DNA of 64,000 nt from Truepera sp. (GTDB lineage: Bacteria; Deinococcota; Deinococci; Deinococcales; Trueperaceae): NCBI GenBank assembly GCA_965218435.1, contig CBDCKW010000009.1:2656001-2720000 (forward strand). The letters run 5' to 3'. Within the stretch, counting starts at the first letter, position 1; every line of letters starts with the position of its first letter. Positions 31,173 to 40,208 of the stretch are shown here, in pieces. The translations under genes and the position numbers were made by a program. Below the pieces are notes generated by a model that was not told the origin of the DNA, made no database searches, and worked only from the letters and a program-made list of their open reading frames with translations.

Positions 31173-31706
31173 TTAGGGTCTAGTCGCGGGTTCATAGGTA
31201 AGTAGCAGCACGCCCGCGCCGAGGTCTCTCGAGGCGGTAAGTTTTAGCGGCAATCTGTCCCCGCCCGAGAAGAGGCGCTTGCCGCTCCCGAGGACGAGCG
31301 GGTAGACCATCAGGCGAAGTTCGTCCACGAGACCGTGCCGCAGGAGCGTCTGGACGAAGGTGCCGCTGCCGTAAACGAGGAGGTTCCCGCCTTCTTGCCG
31401 CTTCAGCGCCGCCACCGCGGAGGCCACATCGCCTCTTAGCGCGGTGGCATTCCACTCGAGTGACCTTAGAGTAGTCGTAGCGACGAACTTCGGCAGGCTG
31501 TTCATCCGCTCGCCGAACTCCCCGGTCGCGTTCGGCCAGGACTTGGCGAAGCCCTCGTAGGTCACGCGGCCCAGCAAGAGGGCGTCGCTGGCGAAGAGTT
31601 CGTCGTACTTGAACGTGCCGCCGTCCGGGTTGTAGCCGCTCCGCCAGGGGGTGGCTTCTTCGTACACCCCGTCGAGGGTTAGGAACTCGGTCACGATCAG
31701 CTTCAT
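31173..31706 (-). CDS. DHFR/RibD C-terminal family protein (more GC-rich than its neighbours)
   Basis: TLDGV, LLGRVTYE, YGSG, VDELRL and PLVLGSGKRLF motifs. Confidence 0.88.
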   Translation of the reverse strand: MKLIVTEFLTLDGVYEEATPWRSGYNPDGGTFKYDELFASDALLLGRVTYEGFAKSWPNATGEFGERMNSLPKFVATTTLRSLEWNATALRGDVASAVAALKRQEGGNLLVYGSGTFVQTLLRHGLVDELRLMVYPLVLGSGKRLFSGGDRLPLKLTASRDLGAGVLLLTYEPATRP

Positions 31707-31763
31707 GCGTGCTCCTTTCGCGGCTCATCGCCGCCGGGTCATAAAACAAGTTGGTCTTCTACG

Positions 31764-32168
31764 TTAAGCGCGGTTCGAGATTTGCTGTACGGCCCAGCTG
31801 TTACCGTCAGGGTCACTAAAATAGATAAAGCCCACATTGTCGAGTGGATCGGCTTGAGGGCTGGGGTTCTTACCCAGCACTTTGACTTCACTGACATCTA
31901 CGCCGCGTTCTATAAGCTCCGCACGGGCTGCATGAATATCTTTCACCACTAGCTGTAAGCCTTTGAGTGAGCCTGCGGGCATTTTTGTCATGCCTGTACC
32001 GATAACAACCGAGCAGCCTGAACCACGTGGGGTAAGTTGGATGACCCTGGTGTTTTCGTTCACCTTGGTGTCGTGGTCTACGTTAAACCCGAGTTGGTCT
32101 GCGTAAAAGGCTTTAGCGCGGTCCGAATCAGAGACGGGCACGACGACGACCTCGAGCGTCCAGTTCAT
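31764..32168 (-). CDS. VOC/glyoxalase family protein
   Basis: VPVSDSDRAKAFY, QLTPRGSGCS and FSDPDGNSWAVQ motifs. Confidence 0.88.
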   Translation of the reverse strand: MNWTLEVVVVPVSDSDRAKAFYADQLGFNVDHDTKVNENTRVIQLTPRGSGCSVVIGTGMTKMPAGSLKGLQLVVKDIHAARAELIERGVDVSEVKVLGKNPSPQADPLDNVGFIYFSDPDGNSWAVQQISNRA

Positions 32169-32566
32169 CAGGCGTTTTCTTGTGTCTGGGCGGAGTCGTA
32201 AAGCACGAAGATATTGCCATCGGGGTCTCGAGCCTGTACGTCGGTACCGTAGGGTTGGGCATTGGGCTCGCTTAAGAATGTGACGCCCTTGGCCTTGAGG
32301 TCTTTGTAGGTGCTCGCTATATCCTCCACGTTAAACATCAAGCCGGTGTTGCCACCCACCTTTTCCGGGCTCCAGTTGCCGTAACCGTGCGTGAGGATAA
32401 GGGCGGTACTAGAGCCCTGCGGCACGACCTCGACCCAGCGGTGCCCCTGGTCGTCCATCGGTTCGTCGGTACGTTTTTCAAAGCCGAGTTTGCCCACGTA
32501 AAAGTCGATAGCTCGGTCTAAATCGCTGACGAAAATGTCTGCCGAATAAACTTTGGTGATGCCCAT
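32168..32566 (-). CDS. VOC/glyoxalase family protein
   Basis: VSDLDRAIDFY, RWVEV and RDPDGN motifs. Confidence 0.88.
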   Translation of the reverse strand: MGITKVYSADIFVSDLDRAIDFYVGKLGFEKRTDEPMDDQGHRWVEVVPQGSSTALILTHGYGNWSPEKVGGNTGLMFNVEDIASTYKDLKAKGVTFLSEPNAQPYGTDVQARDPDGNIFVLYDSAQTQENA

Positions 32567-32661
32567 GTTGAACCTCCGAGGTGAAGTTTACCGAGAGCCG
32601 AACCGGATTCGCTTCTCGAAAATTGCGCGTTTAGGCGACCTGCAAAGAAGTGACGCGGTAG
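32520..32661 (-). repeat. Junction repeat B: AraC 3' remnant, promoter and VOC start
   Basis: Similar to 33411-33552; remnant YRVTSLQVA* versus AraC YRATSLRAA*. Confidence 0.88.
32585..32633 (-). promoter_or_regulatory. Putative AraC-dependent promoter (copy B)
   Basis: 26-bp block identical to 33499-33524, 17-bp spacer, TAAACT -10, then GGAGG and ATG. Confidence 0.55.
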
Positions 32662-32696
32662 CGCAATAGTTCCGCTACGAGCGCCGAGCCTACTGG

Positions 32697-33389
32697 CTAT
32701 TTCTGCAACTCGTACTCGTCGTGCCGCCGAATTTTCGAAAAGGCGTCAGCTTGGGGCCAGCCCGCCGGAACCTCTTGCCAAAACTCTTGGCGTCCATAGG
32801 GGGCAATATCGAGATGCCCCGCGATGCTTGACAGCAACTCGACACCACGATTCCTCGTCAGGTATGTCAAGTAAGGTTTTTCGTTTAGTTGCAGATAGAC
32901 GCTGAACCCCGAACCCTCGCCGCCGTCAGGCCCGGTCCACCCCCAGTCCTGGTTAAACGTGCAGTCATAAGAGGAAACCCACGGCACATTCCAGCCCATA
33001 CGTTCTGAATACGCGAGCAATTTTTCGATAGGGGCGCGCGAAACCCTGGTAAAGCTGATGTCGTAAGGGCCGAAATGTGCAAGGTGCGGCACGCAGTTAT
33101 CAGCGTCGTCTGAGCAGAATGGGCACCCCTGTTCCCATGCAGGATCGAACATGAAGTGGTGCAAGATGAGTTGCGATCGGCCCGCGAAAAGCTCGAGCAG
33201 GGTGGTCGGCCCGTCTTCGCCGGTGAAGGTGTAGTTTTCAACCTCCGTCATTGGTAGACGCCTGCGCTGAACCGCAACCGCGTCTCGCAACCGCGTTTCT
33301 GCCTTCTCCAACGGGAGGAGGGCGTTACGAGCGTCGTTCCAGGTCTCGCGCGTGACGATGGGTGGGTGTGCCTTTGACGTATCAATCAT
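32697..33389 (-). CDS. DUF899 thioredoxin-like protein
   Basis: LFAGRSQL..HFMF, GCPFCS, VSRAP and LDIAPYGRQE motifs. Confidence 0.88.
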   Translation of the reverse strand: MIDTSKAHPPIVTRETWNDARNALLPLEKAETRLRDAVAVQRRRLPMTEVENYTFTGEDGPTTLLELFAGRSQLILHHFMFDPAWEQGCPFCSDDADNCVPHLAHFGPYDISFTRVSRAPIEKLLAYSERMGWNVPWVSSYDCTFNQDWGWTGPDGGEGSGFSVYLQLNEKPYLTYLTRNRGVELLSSIAGHLDIAPYGRQEFWQEVPAGWPQADAFSKIRRHDEYELQK

Positions 33390-33410
33390 GCGTCTCTCCT
33401 CCGGTCGCAA

Positions 33411-33552
33411 AGATTGCTTACAAAAACGTCCGCTGAATACAGCTTGGTGATGCTCATGTTGAACCTCCGAAATGAAGTCTAACGAAGGGCGCGGCAGCTT
33501 CGCTTCTCGAAAATTGCGCGTTTAAGCAGCCCGCAATGAGGTCGCGCGGTAG
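33411..33552 (-). repeat. Junction repeat A: AraC 3' end, promoter and ~16-codon VOC stub
   Basis: Stub MSITKLYSADVFVSN from ATG 33457 versus MGITKVYSADIFVSD. Confidence 0.88.
33476..33524 (-). promoter_or_regulatory. Putative AraC-dependent promoter (copy A)
   Basis: Same 26-bp block, 17-bp spacer, TAGACT -10. Confidence 0.55.
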
Positions 33553-34451
33553 TAAGCTGGGGACACGCCCAGCTGCGTCTTAAAAAGCGTGCTGAACGAG
33601 CCCAGGCTCTCAAAACCAATATCGAAACAGATGTCGGTGACGCTCCGGTCGGTGTGCTCGAGGAGAAACCGGGCGTGCTCAAGCCGCTTTTTCGTCACCA
33701 GCTGATGGGGCGTTTCGCCGTAAACCCGTTTGAACAGCCGCAAGAGGTGATGCGGCGACAGTTCGGCGGCCTCGGCAATCCGGGACAGGCCGATGGGTTC
33801 CAAAAAACTCGCCTCGATAAAGTCGCGGGCACACCAGAGCCGACGGTAGGCTTCGACTTTAGTTGCGTAACGCACTGCCGGAAGCTTTTCGATTTCTCTA
33901 TAAATATCGTAGTGCAGGTGCAGCAGGCGCTCGAGAATCGGGTGGAAGAGGGTCTCGAGGGCGCTCTGGCTCTCGCGTAGGTCTCGAGAGTCGACCTCAT
34001 AAAGATGCCCTTGCAAATGACCCAGGAGCGAAGTCAGAACCGGGTCGTTCGGATAGGTTCGTTCAAAAAATTCTAGCGGCTTACCGGATGTTCCAGGATC
34101 GTCCAAAAGGCGTTCGGTCGGCGTCGTCAGGCTCGCTGCAACCTCTGCGGCAAGACCGCTGCGAAACATCAGCAGAAACACTTCGGCGTCATCTTCAACC
34201 GCGTGAGCGTGACGCTGTTTATCGTTTAAGAGGAGGTAGCGGCCCGGTGTCACCGCAAACCGTGCCCGGCCTACCTCGTTGATCTCGCACCCGCTGCGGA
34301 CGGTTTTCAGCGACAGCGGCCCCGAATGTTCAAGGTAGGTCACGCCGGACGCCCGCCCGCACATGATCATATTGGGCCAGCCGAGTGTCGGACAAGGCGC
34401 GTTCATATCGAGACCCTGCTGCTGCGGTTCGCTGTAATCACGGACGATCAT
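33522..34451 (-). CDS. AraC family transcriptional regulator
   Basis: C-terminal double HTH LSPHHLLRLFKRVYGETP..SVTDICFDIGFESLGSFSTLFK; N-terminal sensor with GPLSLK. Confidence 0.92.
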   Translation of the reverse strand: MIVRDYSEPQQQGLDMNAPCPTLGWPNMIMCGRASGVTYLEHSGPLSLKTVRSGCEINEVGRARFAVTPGRYLLLNDKQRHAHAVEDDAEVFLLMFRSGLAAEVAASLTTPTERLLDDPGTSGKPLEFFERTYPNDPVLTSLLGHLQGHLYEVDSRDLRESQSALETLFHPILERLLHLHYDIYREIEKLPAVRYATKVEAYRRLWCARDFIEASFLEPIGLSRIAEAAELSPHHLLRLFKRVYGETPHQLVTKKRLEHARFLLEHTDRSVTDICFDIGFESLGSFSTLFKTQLGVSPAYYRATSLRAA

Positions 34452-34520
34452 CGTTCTCCTTAGCTATCGCTAAAAACGGTTTCTGACGTCGAGGCTCTAT
34501 GCGTCCAAAGCCTTTTGAAA

Positions 34521-34880
34521 CTAAGCTTCCGGCTCCGCCCATACCGCAAACTCATTCCCACTCGGCTCGGTAAAGTGAAACCGTTTGCCACCGGGAAACG
34601 TATAGATCGGCCTAACGACCCGACCACCCGCAGCGGTAACTTTGGCAAGCGTTTCTTCAAGGTGCTCGCTGTAAAAGATAAGGAGCGCACTTCCGGCATC
34701 CGTACGTGCGACAAGCTCGGAGGTGAAAAAGCCACCGTCGAGACCTGCATCCGAAAAAGCAGCATAGTCAGGGCCGTAATCTACAAACGACCAACCGAAC
34801 GCAGCCTGAAAAAACGCTTTGGTTGCCCCTAAATCTTTAGCTGGATATTCGGCGTAATCGAGTTTTTCGTGCGTCGCCAT
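34521..34880 (-). CDS. VOC family protein
   Basis: DYAEYPAKDL, WSFVDYGPDY and FPGGKRFHFTEPSGNE motifs. Confidence 0.88.
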   Translation of the reverse strand: MATHEKLDYAEYPAKDLGATKAFFQAAFGWSFVDYGPDYAAFSDAGLDGGFFTSELVARTDAGSALLIFYSEHLEETLAKVTAAGGRVVRPIYTFPGGKRFHFTEPSGNEFAVWAEPEA

Positions 34881-35023
34881 ATCGAACTCCCTCTCAAGTA
34901 CCTTAAATATTAAGGTACTTGGAGTGTAACTGAACTCACCTAGAAACGCAAGTCCTTCGGGACAAAAACGAAACTGCAAACCGGACTACACACTTACCTT
35001 ATTTATTTAGGTATTATTCCTGT

Positions 35024-35266
35024 ATGAGCGATAACCCTAAACTTCAAAACGACCCGCAAGATAACGCCGTCAAAGACCCGAGCGAGTGGGTCACCGGGGA
35101 CGAACCCGCAACCGGGGCGCAGCTCTCGTACTTACACACGCTCGCAGAAAACGCTGGTGAAGAAGTGCCGGAGGGTCTTAATAAAGCGCAAGCCTCCGAG
35201 CTGATCGAGACGTTACAAGCCAAAACCGGGCGCGGTCAAGAACAGAAGAGCTCAGACGAAGGCTAA
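35024..35266 (+). CDS. DUF3072 family protein
   Basis: KDPSEWVTGDEPATGAQLSYL..KAQASELI. Confidence 0.85.
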   Translation: MSDNPKLQNDPQDNAVKDPSEWVTGDEPATGAQLSYLHTLAENAGEEVPEGLNKAQASELIETLQAKTGRGQEQKSSDEG

Positions 35267-35315
35267 ATTTAGCAGACTCGAGAGTCGGGTAGCAACAGCC
35301 GCCCGACATCTTTTA

Positions 35316-35335
35316 CTGCGTTTAGAACGTAGAAT
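35316..35335 (+). promoter_or_regulatory. 17-bp RDRM-like palindrome overlapping the TAGAAT -10 of uvrB
   Basis: CTGCGTT-TAG-AACGTAG at 35316-35332; TAGAAT at 35330-35335. Confidence 0.5.
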
Positions 35336-35343
35336 GGAGGTCT

Positions 35344-37383
35344 ATGGCGCTCTCTGTCGAATCCCCATTTACGCCTAAAGGTGACCAGCCGCAAGCTATC
35401 GAAGGTCTTGTCGAAGGTTTAGGTGATGGTCTGCGCTACCAGACGTTACTCGGCGCGACCGGCACCGGTAAAACTTTCACGATGGCGAAAATCATCGAAG
35501 AGACGCAGCGCCCCGCCCTTATCTTAGCGCCGAACAAAATCTTAACGGCGCAGCTCGCCGCCGAGTTCCGCGACTTTTTTCCGGGAGCCGCCGTCGAGTT
35601 TTTTATCTCGTACTACGACTATTATCAACCTGAAGCGTATGTTCCGGCTAGAGACCTCTTTATCGAAAAAGACGCGAACATCAACCAGGAGTTGGAGCGC
35701 CTTCGCCACTCAACAACCCGCAACCTCCTGACGCGGCCCGATACGATTGTCGTCGCGTCGGTCTCGGCGATTTACGGTTTGGGTTCGCCCGATACCTATC
35801 AGCAGCTCAACATGATCTTGCACCTCGGGATGAAACGCTCGCGTGAAGAGATTTTAGACCGACTGGTCGTGCAGCAGTACGAACGCAACGACGTTGAACT
35901 CGCCGCCGGACGCTTCCGGGTCAAAGGGGACGTGATCGAAGTCTGGGCCGCCTATGACGAAGCGCCCCTCAGGGTTGAACTTTTTGGTGACGAGATTGAC
36001 CGGCTGGCGATGATTGACCCTGTCACGGGCAATGTCCTCGCCGAGTTAGAAACGACCACGGTTTTTCCTGCTAAACATTACGTGACGCCGTTTGAACAGC
36101 TCGAGCCCGCCATCGCGCAGATTGAACACGATTTAGAAGAGCGGCTTGACTTCTTTGAACGTTCAGGCAAACTGTTAGAGAAACAGCGGCTCAAAGAGCG
36201 CACGCTGTACGACCTCGAGATGATGAAAACGCTCGGCTACTGTAACGGCATCGAAAACTACTCGCGTTACCTAGACGGGCGGCCTCCCGGCACTGCGCCG
36301 AACACGCTTTTAGATTATTTTCCTGACGACTTTATCACCTTTTTAGACGAGTCGCACGTCATGTTGCCGCAGGTCCGCGGGATGTTTAACGGCGACCGCG
36401 CCCGCAAACAGACGCTCGTGGATTACGGCTTCCGGCTCCCTGCTGCGCTCGACAACCGCCCGCTTAAAGAAGACGAGTTTTTGCAGCGTATCGGGCAGAC
36501 GGTGTTCGTCTCCGCGACGCCTGCCGCGTGGGAATACGAGCATTCGGACAAGATCGCCGAACAGATCATCCGCCCGACTGGACTCGTTGACCCCGCAATC
36601 ACTGTAAAACCCTCACGCGGCCAGATTGACGATTTAGTTTTTGCCATCAAAGAGCGGGCTAAACGAGGCGAGCGCGTGCTGGTTACAACCCTGACGAAAC
36701 GGATGTCCGAAGATTTGGCCGAATACTTCGCGCAGCAGGGCTTGCGGGCGCGGTATATGCACTCGGACATTGACACGATTGAACGTCAGGTGATTATCCG
36801 TGATTTGCGCCTCGGCCACTTTGACGCGCTCATCGGCATTAACCTTTTGCGTGAAGGTCTCGACTTGCCCGAAGTCTCTTTGGTCGCTATCTTAGACGCC
36901 GACAAAACCGGCTTTTTACGGAGCGGACGTTCGCTCATCCAGACGATTGGCCGCGCCGCGCGTAATGTGAGCGGGGAGGTGTTCCTCTACGCCGACGTGT
37001 ATTCTGACGCGATGAACGACGCTATCGGGGAAACCGAGCGCCGCCGGGAAAAACAGTTGGCGTACAACGAGGCGAACCACATCACGCCGGAAACCATCCG
37101 TAAACGCATCCGTGACGTCATCCGCGGTGAAGAAGAGGGTGCCGAAGCGATTGAAAAACTCTCACCGTGGGAGCGTGAGCTGGCGCAAGACGATATGAAG
37201 CAGGAGTTGGCGCTACTCGAGACTGAGATGTGGAAAGCCTCGGAAGACCTCGACTTCGAGCGGGCGGCGGCGGTGCGTGACCGGATTCGTGAGGTTGAAG
37301 CGAAGCTTCAGGGGAAAGAGGTGCAGCTGGTGAGTGTGCCCGGGAAAGAACCGAAGCGGGTGAAGGCGCGGGCGCGGCGCTAG
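35344..37383 (+). CDS. uvrB: Excinuclease ABC subunit B
   Basis: [54 protein letters not shown] and a C-terminal UVR domain. Confidence 0.98.
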   Translation: MALSVESPFTPKGDQPQAIEGLVEGLGDGLRYQTLLGATGTGKTFTMAKIIEETQRPALILAPNKILTAQLAAEFRDFFPGAAVEFFISYYDYYQPEAYVPARDLFIEKDANINQELERLRHSTTRNLLTRPDTIVVASVSAIYGLGSPDTYQQLNMILHLGMKRSREEILDRLVVQQYERNDVELAAGRFRVKGDVIEVWAAYDEAPLRVELFGDEIDRLAMIDPVTGNVLAELETTTVFPAKHYVTPFEQLEPAIAQIEHDLEERLDFFERSGKLLEKQRLKERTLYDLEMMKTLGYCNGIENYSRYLDGRPPGTAPNTLLDYFPDDFITFLDESHVMLPQVRGMFNGDRARKQTLVDYGFRLPAALDNRPLKEDEFLQRIGQTVFVSATPAAWEYEHSDKIAEQIIRPTGLVDPAITVKPSRGQIDDLVFAIKERAKRGERVLVTTLTKRMSEDLAEYFAQQGLRARYMHSDIDTIERQVIIRDLRLGHFDALIGINLLREGLDLPEVSLVAILDADKTGFLRSGRSLIQTIGRAARNVSGEVFLYADVYSDAMNDAIGETERRREKQLAYNEANHITPETIRKRIRDVIRGEEEGAEAIEKLSPWERELAQDDMKQELALLETEMWKASEDLDFERAAAVRDRIREVEAKLQGKEVQLVSVPGKEPKRVKARARR

Positions 37384-37823
37384 GCTTCTCGGACCGTACG
37401 TTTAGTGTGTTTTTCTACGTCTTGTTCGTACGCTTCAGTGAGTAGCGGCACTACTGTTTGAAACGTCGCCTCACTCGGATTTAGGATACAGACCCACGAC
37501 ATCGGCGCGTAGATTGGATGCGGCATGAGCGTGCCCAACGTGGTGTAGTCATAGCCTGTATCAATGATCCCGCCGTCTTTGGCAAAAATGGGCTGAAGGC
37601 CAAACAGTTCTTGATACGTTGCTCGCTTGACTCCGATGTTAAGCCGGAAGACGCCAGGGCGTTCTAAATCCGAAGCTGTGTCGTAAGCATCGTTAACAAC
37701 GAGCGTTGCGAAAGGGAAACGGCGCTCAGAGGCGTAAAAAAAGAAAGTATTGTCGGAATTATCGGTAGTTTCGACACCTTTGAACGTTTCGACTATCGTG
37801 CGGCTGACCTCAGCCTCGTCCAT
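37380..37823 (-). CDS. DUF6194-like hypothetical protein
   Basis: [16 protein letters not shown] and [17 protein letters not shown]. Confidence 0.7.
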   Translation of the reverse strand: MDEAEVSRTIVETFKGVETTDNSDNTFFFYASERRFPFATLVVNDAYDTASDLERPGVFRLNIGVKRATYQELFGLQPIFAKDGGIIDTGYDYTTLGTLMPHPIYAPMSWVCILNPSEATFQTVVPLLTEAYEQDVEKHTKRTVREA

Positions 37824-37949
37824 AAAACCTCCGAACTTGTAAGTATAGGGCGCGAGGACGAAGCAGGTCAAGCTAGAGTTCTACGGTACCCGCCAACCGC
37901 TTCAAATCCCCCGCTAGCATCTGAAACCCACACCCGTCACACTTTCCTT

Positions 37950-38558
37950 ATGACTAAAACAGAGACAGACGCCTACCCGCTAAACGCCGAGCAGTTGGGA
38001 CTTCTCTTCAATCTCCCCTACTACGGCGCACTCTACTTGTTCAAAGAACCGCTGACCCCGAGCGAAGTCGCGCGGCGAATGCAGGTTCCGGCCAACGCGA
38101 TGCACTACCGCGTCAAGCGGCTCTTAGACGCAGGACTTTTAGAAATTGTTGACGATAGCAGCCGTTCGCGTACCTATAAAAGCGTCGCTGAGCGGTTTTT
38201 GCTTTCTCCCGAAGTATTACCTGCCGTAACAGACGCCTTACCTGCTATGTTCGACACGATGCTCAGCAAACTGCATCGCAATTTTTTAGAGCGAATGGAA
38301 ACAGATTTAAGGGGTTTGGAAGCGTTACTCGAGGACGGTCCCATTACGTTTGAGCTGAGCGATTCGTTGACTTTGGGTTCCATCAAGCCTCACGACTATC
38401 CAGTTTTGGCGTCCATCTCTACGAGAAGCTTGAGCGCCGAACAGTTTCAAAAGGTCACGCAAGCTGTCAACGCTATTTTGGAAGAAGCGCCGGTGGAAGA
38501 GGGCAAAAAGCGGTGTACGCTGGCATTTCTTGCCTACCAAGGTGAGGGCGCAATGTAA
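37950..38558 (+). CDS. Winged-helix (ArsR-like) transcriptional regulator
   Basis: TPSEVARRM..MHYRVKRLLDAGLLE. Confidence 0.75.
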   Translation: MTKTETDAYPLNAEQLGLLFNLPYYGALYLFKEPLTPSEVARRMQVPANAMHYRVKRLLDAGLLEIVDDSSRSRTYKSVAERFLLSPEVLPAVTDALPAMFDTMLSKLHRNFLERMETDLRGLEALLEDGPITFELSDSLTLGSIKPHDYPVLASISTRSLSAEQFQKVTQAVNAILEEAPVEEGKKRCTLAFLAYQGEGAM

Positions 38559-38613
38559 GCTCCCAGCTATTCTTGAGGGCTGTGGTAGTCTCCTGTTATA
38601 GGAGGACGACTGC

Positions 38614-39114
38614 GTGACGTTTAAGGTAGGCGACAGTGTGGTGTATCCCTCACAAGGGGCAGGCCGAGTTGACGAGATTGCGACACGGGTCATCCTCGGC
38701 GAAACCCACGAATATCTCAAAATAAGTTTTGTTCGCGGCGATATGGACGTGTTGGTACCACTTAAAAAAGGCCAAGAGGTCGGTTTACGGCATACGATTA
38801 CAGCCGGAGATTTGGAAACTGTCTGGGACGTAATGACTAAAGGTGAGCTCGAGCTGCCCGCCCAGTGGCCCCCGCGTTACCGCGCCGAACAAGAGATTTT
38901 GGCCGCTGGCGACGCCTTTGCGCTCGCCCGGCTGATCGGTACCTTGGCCGAACGTGACCTCGAGAAAGGTTTGGCCGCAACCGAACGCGAGATTTTAGAG
39001 GGCGCTAAAGTGTCCCTGGCGAGTGAGCTCGCCGTGGTACAAAACATAAGTTTTAGCGACGCCCAAACGCAGCTTAACGACAAGCTCGAGACGCACTTGG
39101 GGGCGAACGCCTGA
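38614..39114 (+). CDS. carD: CarD/CdnL family RNA polymerase-binding regulator
   Basis: FKVGDSVVYPSQGAG, VGLRH and LASELAVV motifs; SD GGAGG. Confidence 0.85.
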   Translation: MTFKVGDSVVYPSQGAGRVDEIATRVILGETHEYLKISFVRGDMDVLVPLKKGQEVGLRHTITAGDLETVWDVMTKGELELPAQWPPRYRAEQEILAAGDAFALARLIGTLAERDLEKGLAATEREILEGAKVSLASELAVVQNISFSDAQTQLNDKLETHLGANA

Positions 39115-39161
39115 GCGGGAACGAACCGAAAAAATTAGCGACGGACTTAACGGCGCTGCCC

Positions 39162-39977
39162 TTGACCAACTCGCGCCGCGTCCGTGATCTGCTGACACGC
39201 TACGGGCTACGCGCTGACAAAAGCTTCGGGCAAAACTTTCTCGTTGATACCGCCGCACTTTCGGCGATCGTCGGCGCAGCTGAGCTGACCAAAGACGACA
39301 CGGTACTCGAGGTCGGCCCTGGTTTGGGGGTGTTGACGCGGGAACTCGCAGCGCAAGCGGGCCGAGTGGTCAGTGTCGAACTTGATGAACGGCTCTTGCC
39401 GGTCCTTGCCGAAACCCTCACAAACTTGGATAACGTTGAGCTGATCTGTGGCGACGGGCTTACGTTCGACCTCTCGCAACTCCCCGAAAACAGCATGTTC
39501 GTCGCCAACTTGCCGTACAACGTGGGGACGCCCATTTTGGTCCGGGCACTCGAGTCCGGCCGGTTTAAGCGGCTTGTCTTTCTGGTGCAAAAAGAGGTCG
39601 CCGAGCGCCTCAGTGCCGCACCGAGTACGCCCGCTTACGGTGCGCTCAGCTTAATCGTCGGACACTTCGGTACGGTTAGAAGCGTTCGTGACGTGAAGCC
39701 GAGTTCGTTCGCGCCGCCCCCAACGGTGACGAGCAGCGTCGTCCGGTTGGACGTTCGTCCGGGCGCACAACCCGACCGGCAGCTTGTCCGGCTCATTCAT
39801 CAGGCGTTCGCGCACCGCCGCAAAACACTCAAAAAAAATCTTTTAATGGCGGGGTATCCGGCGGCGCAAGTCACTCAGGCACTGGGACATTCGGCCCTTG
39901 ACGTGCGCGTCCGCGCTGAAGCACTCGAGCTCAAAACATTTTACAAATTGCAAGAAACTCTAGCAGAATCGGCCTGA
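39162..39977 (+). CDS. rsmA: 16S rRNA (A1518/A1519) dimethyltransferase KsgA
   Basis: KSFGQNFL, LEVGPGLGVLT, VANLPYN, QKEVAERL and RRKTL motifs. Confidence 0.96.
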   Translation: MTNSRRVRDLLTRYGLRADKSFGQNFLVDTAALSAIVGAAELTKDDTVLEVGPGLGVLTRELAAQAGRVVSVELDERLLPVLAETLTNLDNVELICGDGLTFDLSQLPENSMFVANLPYNVGTPILVRALESGRFKRLVFLVQKEVAERLSAAPSTPAYGALSLIVGHFGTVRSVRDVKPSSFAPPPTVTSSVVRLDVRPGAQPDRQLVRLIHQAFAHRRKTLKKNLLMAGYPAAQVTQALGHSALDVRVRAEALELKTFYKLQETLAESA

Positions 39978-40050
39978 CGAGTGATTATTTTCGCTCGTTA
40001 CCTAGACCATGCGTCACAGAAGCAAAAAAGCATGTTATAACTGATTTGTA

Positions 40051-40173
40051 GCCTAAGGATGCGGTAGGCAGAAGGTAAAAAATGAGCTATACTGCCCGGT
40101 AGCAAAGAAGACCAAAACGCTGGGTAGTTGGTCACACGCTGCCCCTTCCCTGCTGGCCGCATATAACGTAGGC
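40051..40173 (+). ncRNA. Candidate structured RNA: long hairpin with central bubble (6S-like architecture)
   Basis: Nested pairings found by eye; see findings. Confidence 0.3.
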
Positions 40174-40208
40174 CACCTTATGTAGGTTACCTTTTGGTAT
40201 GGAGTTAC

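Noticed and set aside
18797..34880. Integron cassette array
   Set aside because: No tyrosine integrase in the window and no recurring attC-like palindromes; many genes overlap or are separated by only a few bases
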